Below are positions 42,151-52,452 of a stretch of 64,000 nucleotides of DNA, one piece after another. Origin of the DNA: Nitrosopumilus sp. (GTDB lineage Archaea; Thermoproteota; Nitrososphaeria; Nitrososphaerales; Nitrosopumilaceae); NCBI GenBank assembly GCA_965205215.1, contig OZ242041.1:1408001-1472000 (forward strand). Direction: 5' to 3'. Position 1 is the stretch's first letter, and every line of letters begins with the position of its first letter. Position numbers and translations under genes: made by a program. The notes under the pieces are model-generated. The model made no database searches. It had not been told where the DNA came from and worked only from the letters and a program-made list of their open reading frames with translations.

Positions 42151-43107
42151 ATGCTTGGCGTGTACGACATACTGAAGTGGTCCATAAGCAGGGATCCGCG
42201 CAGCGTGGCGGCCATGTACGACGTGCTGTCCCCGCTCATGTGCGGCATTGCGGGGAGCCGGATGCTCAACTTTGGATACTGGGACGACGCGCACGACACG
42301 CCGGCGCTCGCGCAGGAGAACATGTGCGGGGTGGTCTCGGAGATGGCGGAGCTCGGCGGCCCCCTCGCGGTGGTCGACGTAGGGTGCGGCTTTTGCGCCC
42401 CCGCCGCGTACTGGAAGCGCGCCAACCCAGAGCTGGCCGTATACTGCGTGAACACTAGCTATGCGCAGCTGCGCGGGGCATCCGCCTGCGACGCCGGCGG
42501 CGGCAACGGCCGCATGCGCCCTTCTGGCGCCGTGCCGGACGGTGAAGGCAGCGCCGCCCGCAGGAGTGATCACGGGGACGGCGCCGCGTCCGTGGAAGCC
42601 CCCGTAGCCCTCAATGTGATAAACTCGTCGGCGACCGCGCTCCCGCTTGCATCGGGCTCCGTGGACCGAATTATCGCGCTCGAGTCGGCCCAGCACTTTA
42701 GGCCGCTTGGCTCCTTTGCATCCGAGTGCAGGCGCCTGCTCTCCGAGGACGGGATCCTGGCAGTCGCGATCCCCGTCGTGACGCGGAGCCGCATGACTTC
42801 TGCCCGCCTCGGCATACTGAATTTTACATGGGCGTCAGAGCACTATCTGCTCCCGTACGTCCGCCAAACCCTGCATGACTGCGGCTTTGAAATATCCGAC
42901 GAGCGGCTTGTCGGCGACTCTGTTTATGAACCCCTTGCGGATTACTACCGCTCGAACCGCCGCGACATAAGGGAGGCGGTGCGCGACATGGGGTACCCGT
43001 CATACCTTGAGCCTGTGATGGCCGCCTCGATGAGAAAGATGGGCCGGGCGTCAAGCGCGGGGATCATCCAGTACGCCCTGCTAAAGTGCCGCCCCCGCCC
43101 GCCTTGA
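42151..43107 (+). CDS. Class I SAM-dependent methyltransferase (sterol/tocopherol/natural-product MT-like)
   Basis: LNFGYW, VVDVGCGF, LPLASGSVDRIIALESAQHF. Confidence 0.88.
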   Translation: MLGVYDILKWSISRDPRSVAAMYDVLSPLMCGIAGSRMLNFGYWDDAHDTPALAQENMCGVVSEMAELGGPLAVVDVGCGFCAPAAYWKRANPELAVYCVNTSYAQLRGASACDAGGGNGRMRPSGAVPDGEGSAARRSDHGDGAASVEAPVALNVINSSATALPLASGSVDRIIALESAQHFRPLGSFASECRRLLSEDGILAVAIPVVTRSRMTSARLGILNFTWASEHYLLPYVRQTLHDCGFEISDERLVGDSVYEPLADYYRSNRRDIREAVRDMGYPSYLEPVMAASMRKMGRASSAGIIQYALLKCRPRPP

Positions 43108-43657
43108 CGCTCTTTTTTCTCTCATGTACGGCCGCCGCTCGTCGCGACGGCATGACCGTGGCCATGCACCGCTGCTTACGCCGGGCCCTACTGCCCTGAA
43201 GATTCTGCACCCCGGGACCTCTGCGGCGCTCGTGCGCACCAATGCCCCTGAAGGCTGCGGTGCAGGCGAACGCAGGCACATCCGCCTGCACCCTGCGGGC
43301 GGTGAAGCAGGGACGGGGGGGGGGGGGGGGGTGGAGTGGAGTGGAGAACCCGTTGATACTCCAAGAGGGCTGCAAAGCCTGATGCCCCTCGACGCTTGTA
43401 TGCATATGGAACAACCTTGAACAAATATGACGCGGCGGTGTTCTGCATGGCCGTGTGCCTTGGCACAATGCCGCTCCGCGCCGTTCGCCGGCAGTATTGC
43501 AGACACCTATCGTCTCGGGGCACCGAGCGCGGCCCCGGACACTCGGCCGCTTGATGGCGTGCCTCGCCTGGCCGTTCCTTCCCCTCCCACCACGCATGCG
43601 TGTATTGGTGCTGCCCATATGCTCTAGGTTTTTATCGCAGGCGTGCGTATTTCATGC

Positions 43658-44155
43658 ATGCATTCTGTCGATCCCGCGCCGGGGCTGTACGCCCAAAAGT
43701 GCAGCAAGCTGCTCTCCGAAGATGAGATCAGGTTTGCGGGAATCGTGAACTCCGACGGCAAGCTGATTGCCGGGGGCTTTAAGGATGGCATCACCCCCCA
43801 CGAGAACGACGAGACACGCCTGCAGTCATTTTTGGAGTTCGTATCCCGGGTGTCCATACGCAAGGAGCACGACGAGAGCCTGGGACCGATAAACTATCTT
43901 GCGGCCAGACGCGACAAGGCGGTGCTGGTGAGCTTTCCGTTTCCGGTGACTCGCGTGCTGCTGCTGATCTCTGCGGAGCCCACTGCAAACATCGAGAAGT
44001 TGGCCAAAAAAGCCGTGGATATGTTTACTTCTCCTGTTGACTGTCAATTGCCGCTGACAGCTGCTGGGTTGGGGGGAGACCTTGACCGGGAACCGCCACC
44101 GGACACGGGTGGCGGCAATGCGTCTCCAAAAGATCGCCAAGAGGTATCGTCGTAG
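43658..44155 (+). CDS. Thaumarchaeal roadblock-like protein (DUF6659-like)
   Basis: IRFAGIVNSDGKLIAGG...LGPINYLAARRDKAVLVSFP; start uncertain. Confidence 0.75.
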   Translation: MHSVDPAPGLYAQKCSKLLSEDEIRFAGIVNSDGKLIAGGFKDGITPHENDETRLQSFLEFVSRVSIRKEHDESLGPINYLAARRDKAVLVSFPFPVTRVLLLISAEPTANIEKLAKKAVDMFTSPVDCQLPLTAAGLGGDLDREPPPDTGGGNASPKDRQEVSS

Positions 44156-44326
44156 GCTGGATCTTGCCGCCTACTGGGGAGAGGGGGCAGTTCACAGGAT
44201 CCGATGCGCGCCCGATGCCGCGTCCTTGCAGGATTGCCCGCACGCGCCGATGCCGGGATGCGCGCGGAATGGCCCGCAGTACGCCGCATCCGATCATCTT
44301 TTAATGCCCGTTATCCCCGCATACTC

Positions 44327-44782
44327 ATGAAGGCCACGTTTGGCGCGGGATGCTTTTGGCACGTCGAGCACATCTTTGCAAACACAAAGGGCGTTACATC
44401 CACCGCGGTGGGGTATACGGGCGGACGCGTGGAGGATCCGACCTACGAGGAGGTATGCACGGACCGGACGGGCCATGCAGAGGCCGTCCAGGTCGAGTAC
44501 GACCCCGACCAGGTGTCCTACGACGACCTGCTTGGCGTGTTCTGGTCAAACCATGATCCCACGACCCTCAACCGGCAGGGCCCCGACGTCGGCATCCAGT
44601 ATAGGTCGGCCGTCTTTTGCCACAACGGCGAGCAGAGGCTTGCAGCCGAAAAGTCGCGCGACGCGCTTGCGCAGTCAGGCAGGTACCGCGGCCCGATCGT
44701 GACCGAGATTGTGCCTGCTGCGCCGTTTTACCGCGCCGAGGAGTACCATCAAAAATACTTTGCAAAGCGCGGCATTGCATAG
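44327..44782 (+). CDS. msrA: Peptide-methionine (S)-S-oxide reductase
   Basis: [37 protein letters not shown]. Confidence 0.96.
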   Translation: MKATFGAGCFWHVEHIFANTKGVTSTAVGYTGGRVEDPTYEEVCTDRTGHAEAVQVEYDPDQVSYDDLLGVFWSNHDPTTLNRQGPDVGIQYRSAVFCHNGEQRLAAEKSRDALAQSGRYRGPIVTEIVPAAPFYRAEEYHQKYFAKRGIA

Positions 44783-45090
44783 CGCCGGATGCCGTCCGCT
44801 TGGCCGAAGGCCGGCCTGTGCTTCCGGAAGGGGATGGAGCTTGCAACGGCGCCTGGCGGGCTCCTGCCTGATCCCGCGCCCAAGCCCGGGCCGCCGCCGG
44901 AGCTGTCCGTGCTGGGCCCGTTTGAAGTACTTTTGCGTTACTTGTTCCGTGCGCCCTCAGGCCGGTTGAGATCACAGGCATAAAGTTTATGAATGACACG
45001 TCACTCTAGGCGTGGATTTGGGAACAATCTGAAGGCGTACCTTGCTCCGCTACATAAATTTTAATATAGCACGGGTTTTGCTCACTGACA

Positions 45091-45816
45091 ATGAGCCGCA
45101 GCATTGGGACGTCGATTCCCGAGATGTTTCGCTCCGTTGATCTAGGAGGAACCATAATTGACTGCAATCTGGCGTATGCGGAGAGGCTGGGGTACACACT
45201 TGAGGAGGTAATCGGCAGGTCGTTTCTTGACCACACGCCAGAGAAATACCGCGACGCACTGGTGGCCAACTTTGAGGAATGGAAGAAGACTCGGGCGCAC
45301 TCGGCCGGGCACATAGTCCTTATGACCAAGTCCGGCGAGGAGTTCGAGGTCATGTTGGCGGCGATGAGCCTGTATGACGACCACAGGAAACTCATAGGCC
45401 GCAACTCCGTCATAAGGGAGATCGCGCACCTCGAGAAGATGAGCAGGATGTACGACGTCTCTTCAAGGGAGGGATACGAGCACCCGGAGATCCTGCACAG
45501 GTCGGTAAACTACAACGGCATCATCATAGACTGCAACCAGACGTACATTGACAGGCTGGGATACACAAAGGAGGAGGTGGTGGGCGTCAGCCTGCTGGAG
45601 CACACAGCCCCGCGCTCACGCGGTAACATAAGCGCCCACATGGAGAACTGGAGGAACGGGGTACACGACACTGCAAAGATCTGGATGCTGCGAAAGGACA
45701 AGAGCGAGTTTCTCGTGTCCCTTACCGCCACGGACGAGCGCGACGAGGACGGCGCTCTGGTCGGCAGGACCGTCGCGCTCAGGCCCATGTCGGGGCCCGC
45801 CTGCCCGGTACAGTAG
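45091..45816 (+). CDS. Tandem PAS-PAS protein with no output domain
   Basis: Two repeats of GxIIDCNxxYxxRLGYTxEEVxGxSxLxHT. Confidence 0.88.
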   Translation: MSRSIGTSIPEMFRSVDLGGTIIDCNLAYAERLGYTLEEVIGRSFLDHTPEKYRDALVANFEEWKKTRAHSAGHIVLMTKSGEEFEVMLAAMSLYDDHRKLIGRNSVIREIAHLEKMSRMYDVSSREGYEHPEILHRSVNYNGIIIDCNQTYIDRLGYTKEEVVGVSLLEHTAPRSRGNISAHMENWRNGVHDTAKIWMLRKDKSEFLVSLTATDERDEDGALVGRTVALRPMSGPACPVQ

Positions 45817-46132
45817 CCATGCGCCGCCGAGCAAGGGGCCTTCCAACAGACGGTATTCGTCATAGGCGGGTTGAGATGCAAACGGACAGACTGGGAGGCG
45901 CAAAGGGTGGCCGCATGAAGGCCGTTACGGATGAGGGGAGAGCCTGCCGGCGGGGGACAGTACGGGATGCCTTGTGGGAGGGGGGATAGTTCTGCATGAA
46001 AAACTCATGCAGGCCGGATCCTGCTTCTTGACTCGCCCCATGACGCCTGCCGGGTTCTAATGTGTTCGGATTTTGTTCCATATCCTGCCCGAACGACTAG
46101 ACTTATCAATGCATGATACGTGCGTCCTGTGG

Positions 46133-46936
46133 ATGAAGGAGCGCTTTGTCGACGTGGGGGGCCACCACATCCGCTACCTTGAGGGTGGTGATCCGACTGA
46201 CGGCACGATGGTCCTGCTGCACGGGCTTGGCGGCTCCGCGGAGCGGTGGGACAAGGTCTCTCCCATATTTGAAAGGAGGTTCAGAGTGGTGGTGCCCGAC
46301 ATGATCGGGTTCGGACTCAGCGACAAGCCGCCGTCTGACTACACGCCGGACTTTCTGACCTCGTTTCTTGGGGATTTCGTGCGCGCCACCTGCGGACAGC
46401 GCATATTCCTAGTGGGCTCGTCGCTTGGCGGCCAGGTCGCCGTCATGTACGCGGCCTCGCATCCGGCCAGCATAGACAGGCTCGTCCTAGCCTCGCCCGC
46501 GGGCACGATGAAGAGGACCACGCCGGCGTTTGACATGTATATGATGGCCGCAATGTACCCCGGCGAGCAGTCCGTGTCCAGGGCCTTTGAGGCAATGGAG
46601 GCCTCCGATCAGGGGGCGGACGCGGATCTGGTACGGGGATTCATCAAGAGGATGAGGCTCCCGAACGCAAAGATGGCGTTCATGTCGGCCGTGCTGGGGC
46701 TCAGCAACTCCGGGCTCACGGAGGCAACGCTGCACTCGATAAACTCCCCCACGCTGCTGGTCTGGGGCGAGGACGATCCCGTCGTCCCAATCCAGAACGC
46801 CGGATTCTTCCTGTCCTCGATAAGGGACTGCACCATGTTTAGAATGAAGGGCTGCGGGCACACCCCCTACGTGCAGAGCCCCGAGGCCTTTGCAAAGCGG
46901 GTGCTCGAGTTTTTGGGAAGCTCCACGGCCGGGTGA
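46133..46936 (+). CDS. Alpha/beta hydrolase (candidate PHA depolymerase)
   Basis: LLHGLGG, lipase box GSSLG, WGEDDPVV, GCGHTP triad motifs; substrate inferred only from position. Confidence 0.88.
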   Translation: MKERFVDVGGHHIRYLEGGDPTDGTMVLLHGLGGSAERWDKVSPIFERRFRVVVPDMIGFGLSDKPPSDYTPDFLTSFLGDFVRATCGQRIFLVGSSLGGQVAVMYAASHPASIDRLVLASPAGTMKRTTPAFDMYMMAAMYPGEQSVSRAFEAMEASDQGADADLVRGFIKRMRLPNAKMAFMSAVLGLSNSGLTEATLHSINSPTLLVWGEDDPVVPIQNAGFFLSSIRDCTMFRMKGCGHTPYVQSPEAFAKRVLEFLGSSTAG

Positions 46937-47120
46937 CCCTGCGAGCGGTTATGCATCCCAGACGTCACTGGGAGCATCCGGCCCTCCATGAGGCGGCTGC
47001 CTGCAGGGCGCGGCCAGACGTGCCCAGCCGGCCGCGCACGGACGCGTCCCCCGCCGAGTTCCCACCCCTAGTTTTGCCAGACCGGTTGCTATTTATACCT
47101 CTTATTTCACACCATTACCA

Positions 47121-47558
47121 ATGAATGGTAATAGCAACCAGTATGATCCTACAAGGATGTTCCAGGACTGGATACAGAGAGGCGGTGAGGCGCAGGCCGA
47201 GTTTGTCAAGAACTTCGGCTCGCTGATGACCGCTGCAGGCCAGACTCCGGGGACGTTCAACCCGCTTGAGACGCTGCGTCAGATGTCCGAGACGGCTCAG
47301 AGCGCGCAGTCTAGGATGATGGAGAACGTCTCTAGCATGCAGAGTAGGGGCATGGATGCCGTGATTGGCATGGGGCAGGACATGATCTCCTCCATTGCCG
47401 GCTGGGGCGCCTACAAGACCACTGTCAGCAGCAACGGGCGGATCTCCATACCGGAGGCCGAGCGCAAAGCGCTCGGAATCGGGGAGGGAGACCTGGTGCA
47501 GGTGATCATACTGCCTATTCCTAACAGACAGAAAAGGGAGGTGAACAAGCAAATATGA
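47121..47558 (+). CDS. AbrB/MazE-domain regulator, PhaR-like
   Basis: C-terminal TTVSSNGRISIPEAERKALGIGEGDLVQV; overlaps the next gene by ATGA. Confidence 0.82.
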   Translation: MNGNSNQYDPTRMFQDWIQRGGEAQAEFVKNFGSLMTAAGQTPGTFNPLETLRQMSETAQSAQSRMMENVSSMQSRGMDAVIGMGQDMISSIAGWGAYKTTVSSNGRISIPEAERKALGIGEGDLVQVIILPIPNRQKREVNKQI

Positions 47559-48010
47559 CTGACAAAAGCAATAACAGCAACAACAGTAGTAACAACGCGT
47601 CAAGGCCGTCTTCAAACGACACGTTTGGCGTATTCAAGCAGAACCTTGACAAGATGTTCAACGGCATTCGGCAGTCGGTACCGCAGTACCACCAGGCCAT
47701 AACAAACGTGCAGCAGGAGTACCTGCAGGCATGCGAGAACGTTGCAAACTCTGCATTTGAATTCCAGAGGGAGGTGGCGCGCAAGTCCGGACTGTCTACG
47801 GGCATCCCGGAGGCTGCAGTACGCACAATCGGCGGAACGACTGAGGAGATTGCAAAGATTGCATCCATAAACAACCAGGTCATACTGACCACGATCGATG
47901 CGACTCAGCAGAACATCAAGACGTTCAACGACAACGCAAAGTCCTTTTCAAACATCAACCACGACATACTAAAGTCCTGGATATCGGCATTCCGTTTCAG
48001 GGCCAACTAG
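47555..48010 (+). CDS. Phasin-like (PhaP) amphipathic helical protein
   Basis: N/Q-rich all-helical sequence (QAITNVQQEYLQACEN...IDATQQNIKTFNDNAKSF) coupled to the AbrB gene near phaEC. Confidence 0.65.
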   Translation: MTDKSNNSNNSSNNASRPSSNDTFGVFKQNLDKMFNGIRQSVPQYHQAITNVQQEYLQACENVANSAFEFQREVARKSGLSTGIPEAAVRTIGGTTEEIAKIASINNQVILTTIDATQQNIKTFNDNAKSFSNINHDILKSWISAFRFRAN

Positions 48011-48017
48011 TCGCGGC

Positions 48018-48061
48018 AAAAAGCCCGCAAGGGCGTTTTTCTTTTATTTTTGATTTTTTTT
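48018..48061 (+). terminator. Hairpin plus T-tracts after the phasin-like gene
   Basis: GCCC-GCAA-GGGC hairpin followed by several T4-T8 runs. Confidence 0.65.
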
Positions 48062-48272
48062 CTGACATTGGTTTGGCGGTATGATCCGCCGATCCGGGGT
48101 ACGCGCACTTGGTGTGCGCGCATGGCGACGCATGCATTGCAGGTGGCACCGTCCGCCACACGGGCTACCCGCCACCGCCACCCCCTTCCTAATCTTTGGC
48201 GGGCTGGTTTTCCGTACAATGGGCTGTCCCCCCTTCCTCGCAAGTCTTTAATTCTGGCACGGCCGTCCCCCC

Positions 48273-48785
48273 ATGTTGGCAAGCGAGACGGAGCCGGACA
48301 GCCTCGGGGCCGAGGATATCCGTCTGGCAATAGACGATCTGCAGGCGCGCCTGGACAAGATGGGCCCCCCGCCGTCGCCGCTTGCGGAGGTCGTGGACTC
48401 TACGAATACACTGCGTACAAACGAGTACCTCTCCGCTAGGGACGTGATATGCGCGGAGCTGCTGTCGCACTATGCTCGGTATGCGCGCATGCTCGAGTCG
48501 GTGGTGAGGGACGCGCTTGACGTGCAGTCAGGACTCTTGGAGGTGCTAAGGGCGCAGTCGGAGCTGCTTGAAGATGGAAAGCCGCCTGCCCGCACGCGTG
48601 CCGCCAAGGCCGCCAAGGGAAGGAGCAAGGGCCGCGGCAGCGGCAGCAGTGGTGACAAAAAGACTGCGGCAGCATCCGCCGGCGGGCGCAAGACCGGCGG
48701 CAGGACGCCTGCAAAAAAGAGGGTGCGGACGACAGCCAGTCCAAGGCCGGCGGCCGCGGGAAGGCCCCGCACCGGGCGGGCCTGA
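48273..48785 (+). CDS. Coiled-coil hypothetical protein with K/R/A-rich tail
   Basis: Helical N-terminal ~100 aa, then KPPARTRAAKAAKGRSK...PAKKR. Confidence 0.72.
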   Translation: MLASETEPDSLGAEDIRLAIDDLQARLDKMGPPPSPLAEVVDSTNTLRTNEYLSARDVICAELLSHYARYARMLESVVRDALDVQSGLLEVLRAQSELLEDGKPPARTRAAKAAKGRSKGRGSGSSGDKKTAAASAGGRKTGGRTPAKKRVRTTASPRPAAAGRPRTGRA

Positions 48786-48862
48786 CCCCTGATACACGCC
48801 ATATGCAAGAGTACGCGTACGCCGGCACCGGACGGCCGTAACTGGCACTCGCCGATCCAAGA

Positions 48863-49963
48863 TCATGCAGCGTATTCCAGGCTTCCTGCCATGAGCTCGA
48901 CCTGCCTCCGGCCGTCCCTGCCCGGACCGTCCGTTCTGACCACAAGCATGCCGCCGTCGTTTATTCGGGTGGCGGTTCCGGTGACCTTTTGGCCGTCAAC
49001 GGTTGCGCTGACCCTCCTGCCGATGGTCGACGATCTCTTGGCCCACTCCGACGTTATGGCCTTGGTCCTCCCGCCAAGCAGCATGCCGTATGCGGCGTCG
49101 AGCCTGCGGAGCATTGTTCTTACCAGCTCCACCTTGGATGGCGTCCTCGGCGTGCCGGCCGATTCGGCCTCTTGCCTGAGCGACGCCGCGCCGTAAAAAC
49201 CGGGCGTGCCTGAAAACGTTTTTTCTATGCCCTTTGCATCCACGTCAAAGTTGACCCCTATCCCGAGACGCACGTTCTGTATGCGGTCGAGCTCCATCTC
49301 GGCCTCTGTTATTATTCCCGCCACCTTTCTTCCCCGGATCGTCACATCGTTGGGCCACCTGAGCTCGGGCTTTATGCCGTACGCCTCCTCTATGGACTCC
49401 GCCACTGCAACGCCGGCCGCTATGGGTAGCAGGGACGCGGTTGCAGCCCTGCAGTCCGGATGCAGCACGACGGACATCCATATGCCGCCGCGCGGGGCCG
49501 CCCACCTCTTCCCTGTTCTGCCCCTTGCGTTGGACTGCGTGGCCGATATGACGACGGCCCCGTCGTTTCCGGGCATCCCTGCCAGAGTCGCCGCGACGTC
49601 CTGGGTGGAGCCGGCAGTGCCCACGTCATCGTAATAGTACGCCCTCTTGCCCACCGTGCTGGTCCCTATGCCCTCTGTGATCTCCCACGGGTATGGCTCG
49701 CCGCTTGAACCCCTCAGCCTGTATCCGACCTTTTGCCTCGACTCTACGTCGTATCCCAGGCTCCGCAGCGTTCTGATGTGTTTCCACACCGCCACCCTGC
49801 TGATGCCCAGCACGTCGCCAAGGTCCCTGCCTGAGAGGTATTCGGTGCTGTGCGCCTTTAGGAACCGGAGCGTCCTTGCGGGGCCACGGCGATCCGCCGA
49901 GTCGTAGTATGCGCGGCTACCGTATGCGCCGTCGCTGTTTTTGCGCCTCTTGCTATCCGGCAT
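48863..49963 (-). CDS. birA: Bifunctional biotin--protein ligase/repressor
   Basis: HTH LSGRDLGDVLGISRVAVWKHI, STQD, ARGRTGKRW, RWPNDV, KVAGII. Confidence 0.94.
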   Translation of the reverse strand: MPDSKRRKNSDGAYGSRAYYDSADRRGPARTLRFLKAHSTEYLSGRDLGDVLGISRVAVWKHIRTLRSLGYDVESRQKVGYRLRGSSGEPYPWEITEGIGTSTVGKRAYYYDDVGTAGSTQDVAATLAGMPGNDGAVVISATQSNARGRTGKRWAAPRGGIWMSVVLHPDCRAATASLLPIAAGVAVAESIEEAYGIKPELRWPNDVTIRGRKVAGIITEAEMELDRIQNVRLGIGVNFDVDAKGIEKTFSGTPGFYGAASLRQEAESAGTPRTPSKVELVRTMLRRLDAAYGMLLGGRTKAITSEWAKRSSTIGRRVSATVDGQKVTGTATRINDGGMLVVRTDGPGRDGRRQVELMAGSLEYAA

Positions 49964-49968
49964 TGCTC

Positions 49969-50538
49969 TTAGAAACCAATGTCAAAGTCAAATCCTCCGC
50001 CGTCCATGCCCGCGCCGCCGTCGCCGTCCATGCCCGCGCCGCCGTCGCCGTCCATGCCCGCGCCGCCGTCGCCGTCCATGCCCTCCGGCATGCTTTCCGG
50101 CGGAACATACGAGGCCATGGGCATCCCGATCATGCTGAACATCATGCTGAACATCATAATGTCTATGACGCCAAAGAAGAGCATCATTGGGAGTATGGAG
50201 CGGTTGCTATCCATAAAGCTCCTCATCTTTTCTTTGTCACCAGACTTGTAGATGGCCTGCATCTGGCCCCACTTGGCCTGCATCTCCCGTATGCCCTCGT
50301 CTACCTTGTCCGAGCCAGACTTTGTGACGTGCAGCTCGATCTTGGTGCCCAGCCAGCCTTTCTTCTCCCTTACCGCTATGTCTCCCTGCCTCTCCAGCCT
50401 CTCGAGTATGGAGTTCAGTTCCTCGGGCGACAGCCTTGTCGTCTTTTGTATGCGGCCGAACTTTGTAATGCCGTTTCGTATGGCCTCAAGCACGATGATC
50501 TCCTTTGAAACAGGGGATCCGTCGTCGCGGTCTTCCAT
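49969..50538 (-). CDS. wHTH-like protein with Met-rich hydrophobic segment and GMDGDGGA repeats
   Basis: IIVLEAIRNG...ELNSILERLERQG; LPMMLFFGVIDIMMFSMMFSMIG; ends 5 nt before birA. Confidence 0.75.
   Translation of the reverse strand: MEDRDDGSPVSKEIIVLEAIRNGITKFGRIQKTTRLSPEELNSILERLERQGDIAVREKKGWLGTKIELHVTKSGSDKVDEGIREMQAKWGQMQAIYKSGDKEKMRSFMDSNRSILPMMLFFGVIDIMMFSMMFSMIGMPMASYVPPESMPEGMDGDGGAGMDGDGGAGMDGDGGAGMDGGGFDFDIGF
49999..50083 (-). repeat. 24-bp coding tandem repeat, 3.5 copies
   Basis: GCCGTCCATGCCCGCGCCGCCGTC units on the plus strand. Confidence 0.92.
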
Positions 50539-50871
50539 GAGCGGGATTCTCCCGGTACCATTAAAATCTCTTTTTAATTCGTGGCGCCCACCCCTATGGC
50601 CGTTTGGCTCCGGATCGGGCGTGGGCGCCGCCATGCAGTTCCGGCGGTATCTGACCGCGCCGTACGCGGGTGGTCTGGACATCATCATGGCGCGACTGCA
50701 CGTGTACGAATACGGTACCCGCAGGGACTTGGTGTGCCCGCTGGGGGAGGGGAGTCGGATCCAAGGGCACGACCTGTTTTTATACGCTAATTGATCAAAT
50801 TATCTTGCATCAAACGATTTCGACCCGGGGGCGTATCGTCCTCCTTTGTCTAACTATTTATTATTGAAATC

Positions 50872-52452
50872 ATGATGAACCCTGCCATGACCGTTGATGA
50901 TTCTGAATTCCGGGACGCATCTGAGCACTACAAACAGCTTGCGACGTTCTGGACCGACATACTGCATCTGATGTCCAGCAAGCCTGGGGCGCTGGCATCG
51001 GTTGGGCCCATGAGGGCGCTTGCGGCAAACTCCAAGAAGATTACAAACGAGATGATAGAGATGAGTGAGGACATGGTGACGTTCAGCAAACATTTGACAG
51101 AGTATTATTCACAGCTTGCAGACACCTGGGGCGGGGCGCAAAAAAAGGTCAACCAGAAGATGTCGGACATACCACAGGACGTGGAGCAGATCGAGGCGCT
51201 CAAGCGCGTCTGGATTGACATGTTTGACAACGACTTTACCGAGCTCTTTGACTCGCCAAAGTTTGGCTCAAACTACGGCAAGCTGGTCTCAAAGGAGCTC
51301 GAGATTGTAAAGCACTGGAACAACATATCTAACACAGTGCTGCAGTCGGCCAACCTGCCAAGCAAGGAGGAGATCGACGACGTGTACCGCGAGATTCACT
51401 CCCTAAAGAAGAGGCTGAGGCTCTCAGAACTGGAGCTGCAGCGCCTGCGGCGCGCGGGTTCTAGCGCCGCTTCGAAGGGAGTGTCGGACTCGGCGCCCGC
51501 TACGGGTGTGGATAATGTACCTTCAGACCCGGAAAGGGGCGATACTCCTGCAAAGCCTGCTGCTTCCGTTGTGGCTGGCGATGGGGGCAAGCTGCAGCCG
51601 CAGGATGTTCAAGAAATGTCACAGTCGACACAACACAGACCACAGCACCAACCGCCGCAACAGCCACGCGGTGTACGGGCACAACCGCCGCGCCAGGCGT
51701 CGCAGCCTCCAGCACCGTCACGTCCGCGCGATACTGCACCATCCGGCGGCCCTGCCGAGGGACCGGCTCCCCGAGAACCGGAGAGCGGACTGCCTTCCTC
51801 AAAACCAGATTCAGTGTCTTCCCCCTCCGCACCAAGTCCGCCTGATCAACCCGGCGTCCCCCCCTCGGCACAGAACGCCAAAAACCCGAGACGACGCCGC
51901 AGGCGCCCCCGACGCAGGCTCTCAAAGTCGGGGCGGCCCGGCGGCCCCAACCCCCCCTCAATGCAGCCAGAGTCAGCGCCAAAACCCGCGCCAGTACCTA
52001 GCAGTCCAAAGGACGCGCATACTGCTGCTGTAGCGCAACATGCGCCAGATGCATCGTCCGGTTCTCTATCACGTCCACCGCAGGATGCGGCCAAACGGGC
52101 AGGGACGGCCCCTGGCGGCGCGGCAGGTGCACCTGAAGCCGCTGCCAAGAAAAAAAGGCGCAGGCGCCACAGGCCCGACAGGCATACCAGACGTATGCAG
52201 CAGCAGCAGCAACAACAACAGCCACAGCAGCAGGGGCAGTCGAGACCATCGCAGCCGCAGCCCGCCGCTGACACGCGCCCCGCGCCTTCTCAGGAGCCAC
52301 AAGACGTGCAGAATCCTGAAAACACCAACGACTCCGGGCGCCGGACGCGTGACGCCAGTGGTGATTCGGCCCGGCAGAATCCCCCCAGCAGCAAGCCCGG
52401 CACGGCCGCGGACGGTGGATTGCCCCGGAAGGACGGTGACACCGAGACGTGA
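50872..52452 (+). CDS. phaE: Class III PHA synthase subunit PhaE with long disordered C-terminal extension
   Basis: KRVWIDMFDNDFTELFDSPKF and PhaE-box-like NLPSKEEIDDVYREIHSLKKR; GTGA overlap with phaC. Confidence 0.85.
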   Translation: MMNPAMTVDDSEFRDASEHYKQLATFWTDILHLMSSKPGALASVGPMRALAANSKKITNEMIEMSEDMVTFSKHLTEYYSQLADTWGGAQKKVNQKMSDIPQDVEQIEALKRVWIDMFDNDFTELFDSPKFGSNYGKLVSKELEIVKHWNNISNTVLQSANLPSKEEIDDVYREIHSLKKRLRLSELELQRLRRAGSSAASKGVSDSAPATGVDNVPSDPERGDTPAKPAASVVAGDGGKLQPQDVQEMSQSTQHRPQHQPPQQPRGVRAQPPRQASQPPAPSRPRDTAPSGGPAEGPAPREPESGLPSSKPDSVSSPSAPSPPDQPGVPPSAQNAKNPRRRRRRPRRRLSKSGRPGGPNPPSMQPESAPKPAPVPSSPKDAHTAAVAQHAPDASSGSLSRPPQDAAKRAGTAPGGAAGAPEAAAKKKRRRRHRPDRHTRRMQQQQQQQQPQQQGQSRPSQPQPAADTRPAPSQEPQDVQNPENTNDSGRRTRDASGDSARQNPPSSKPGTAADGGLPRKDGDTET

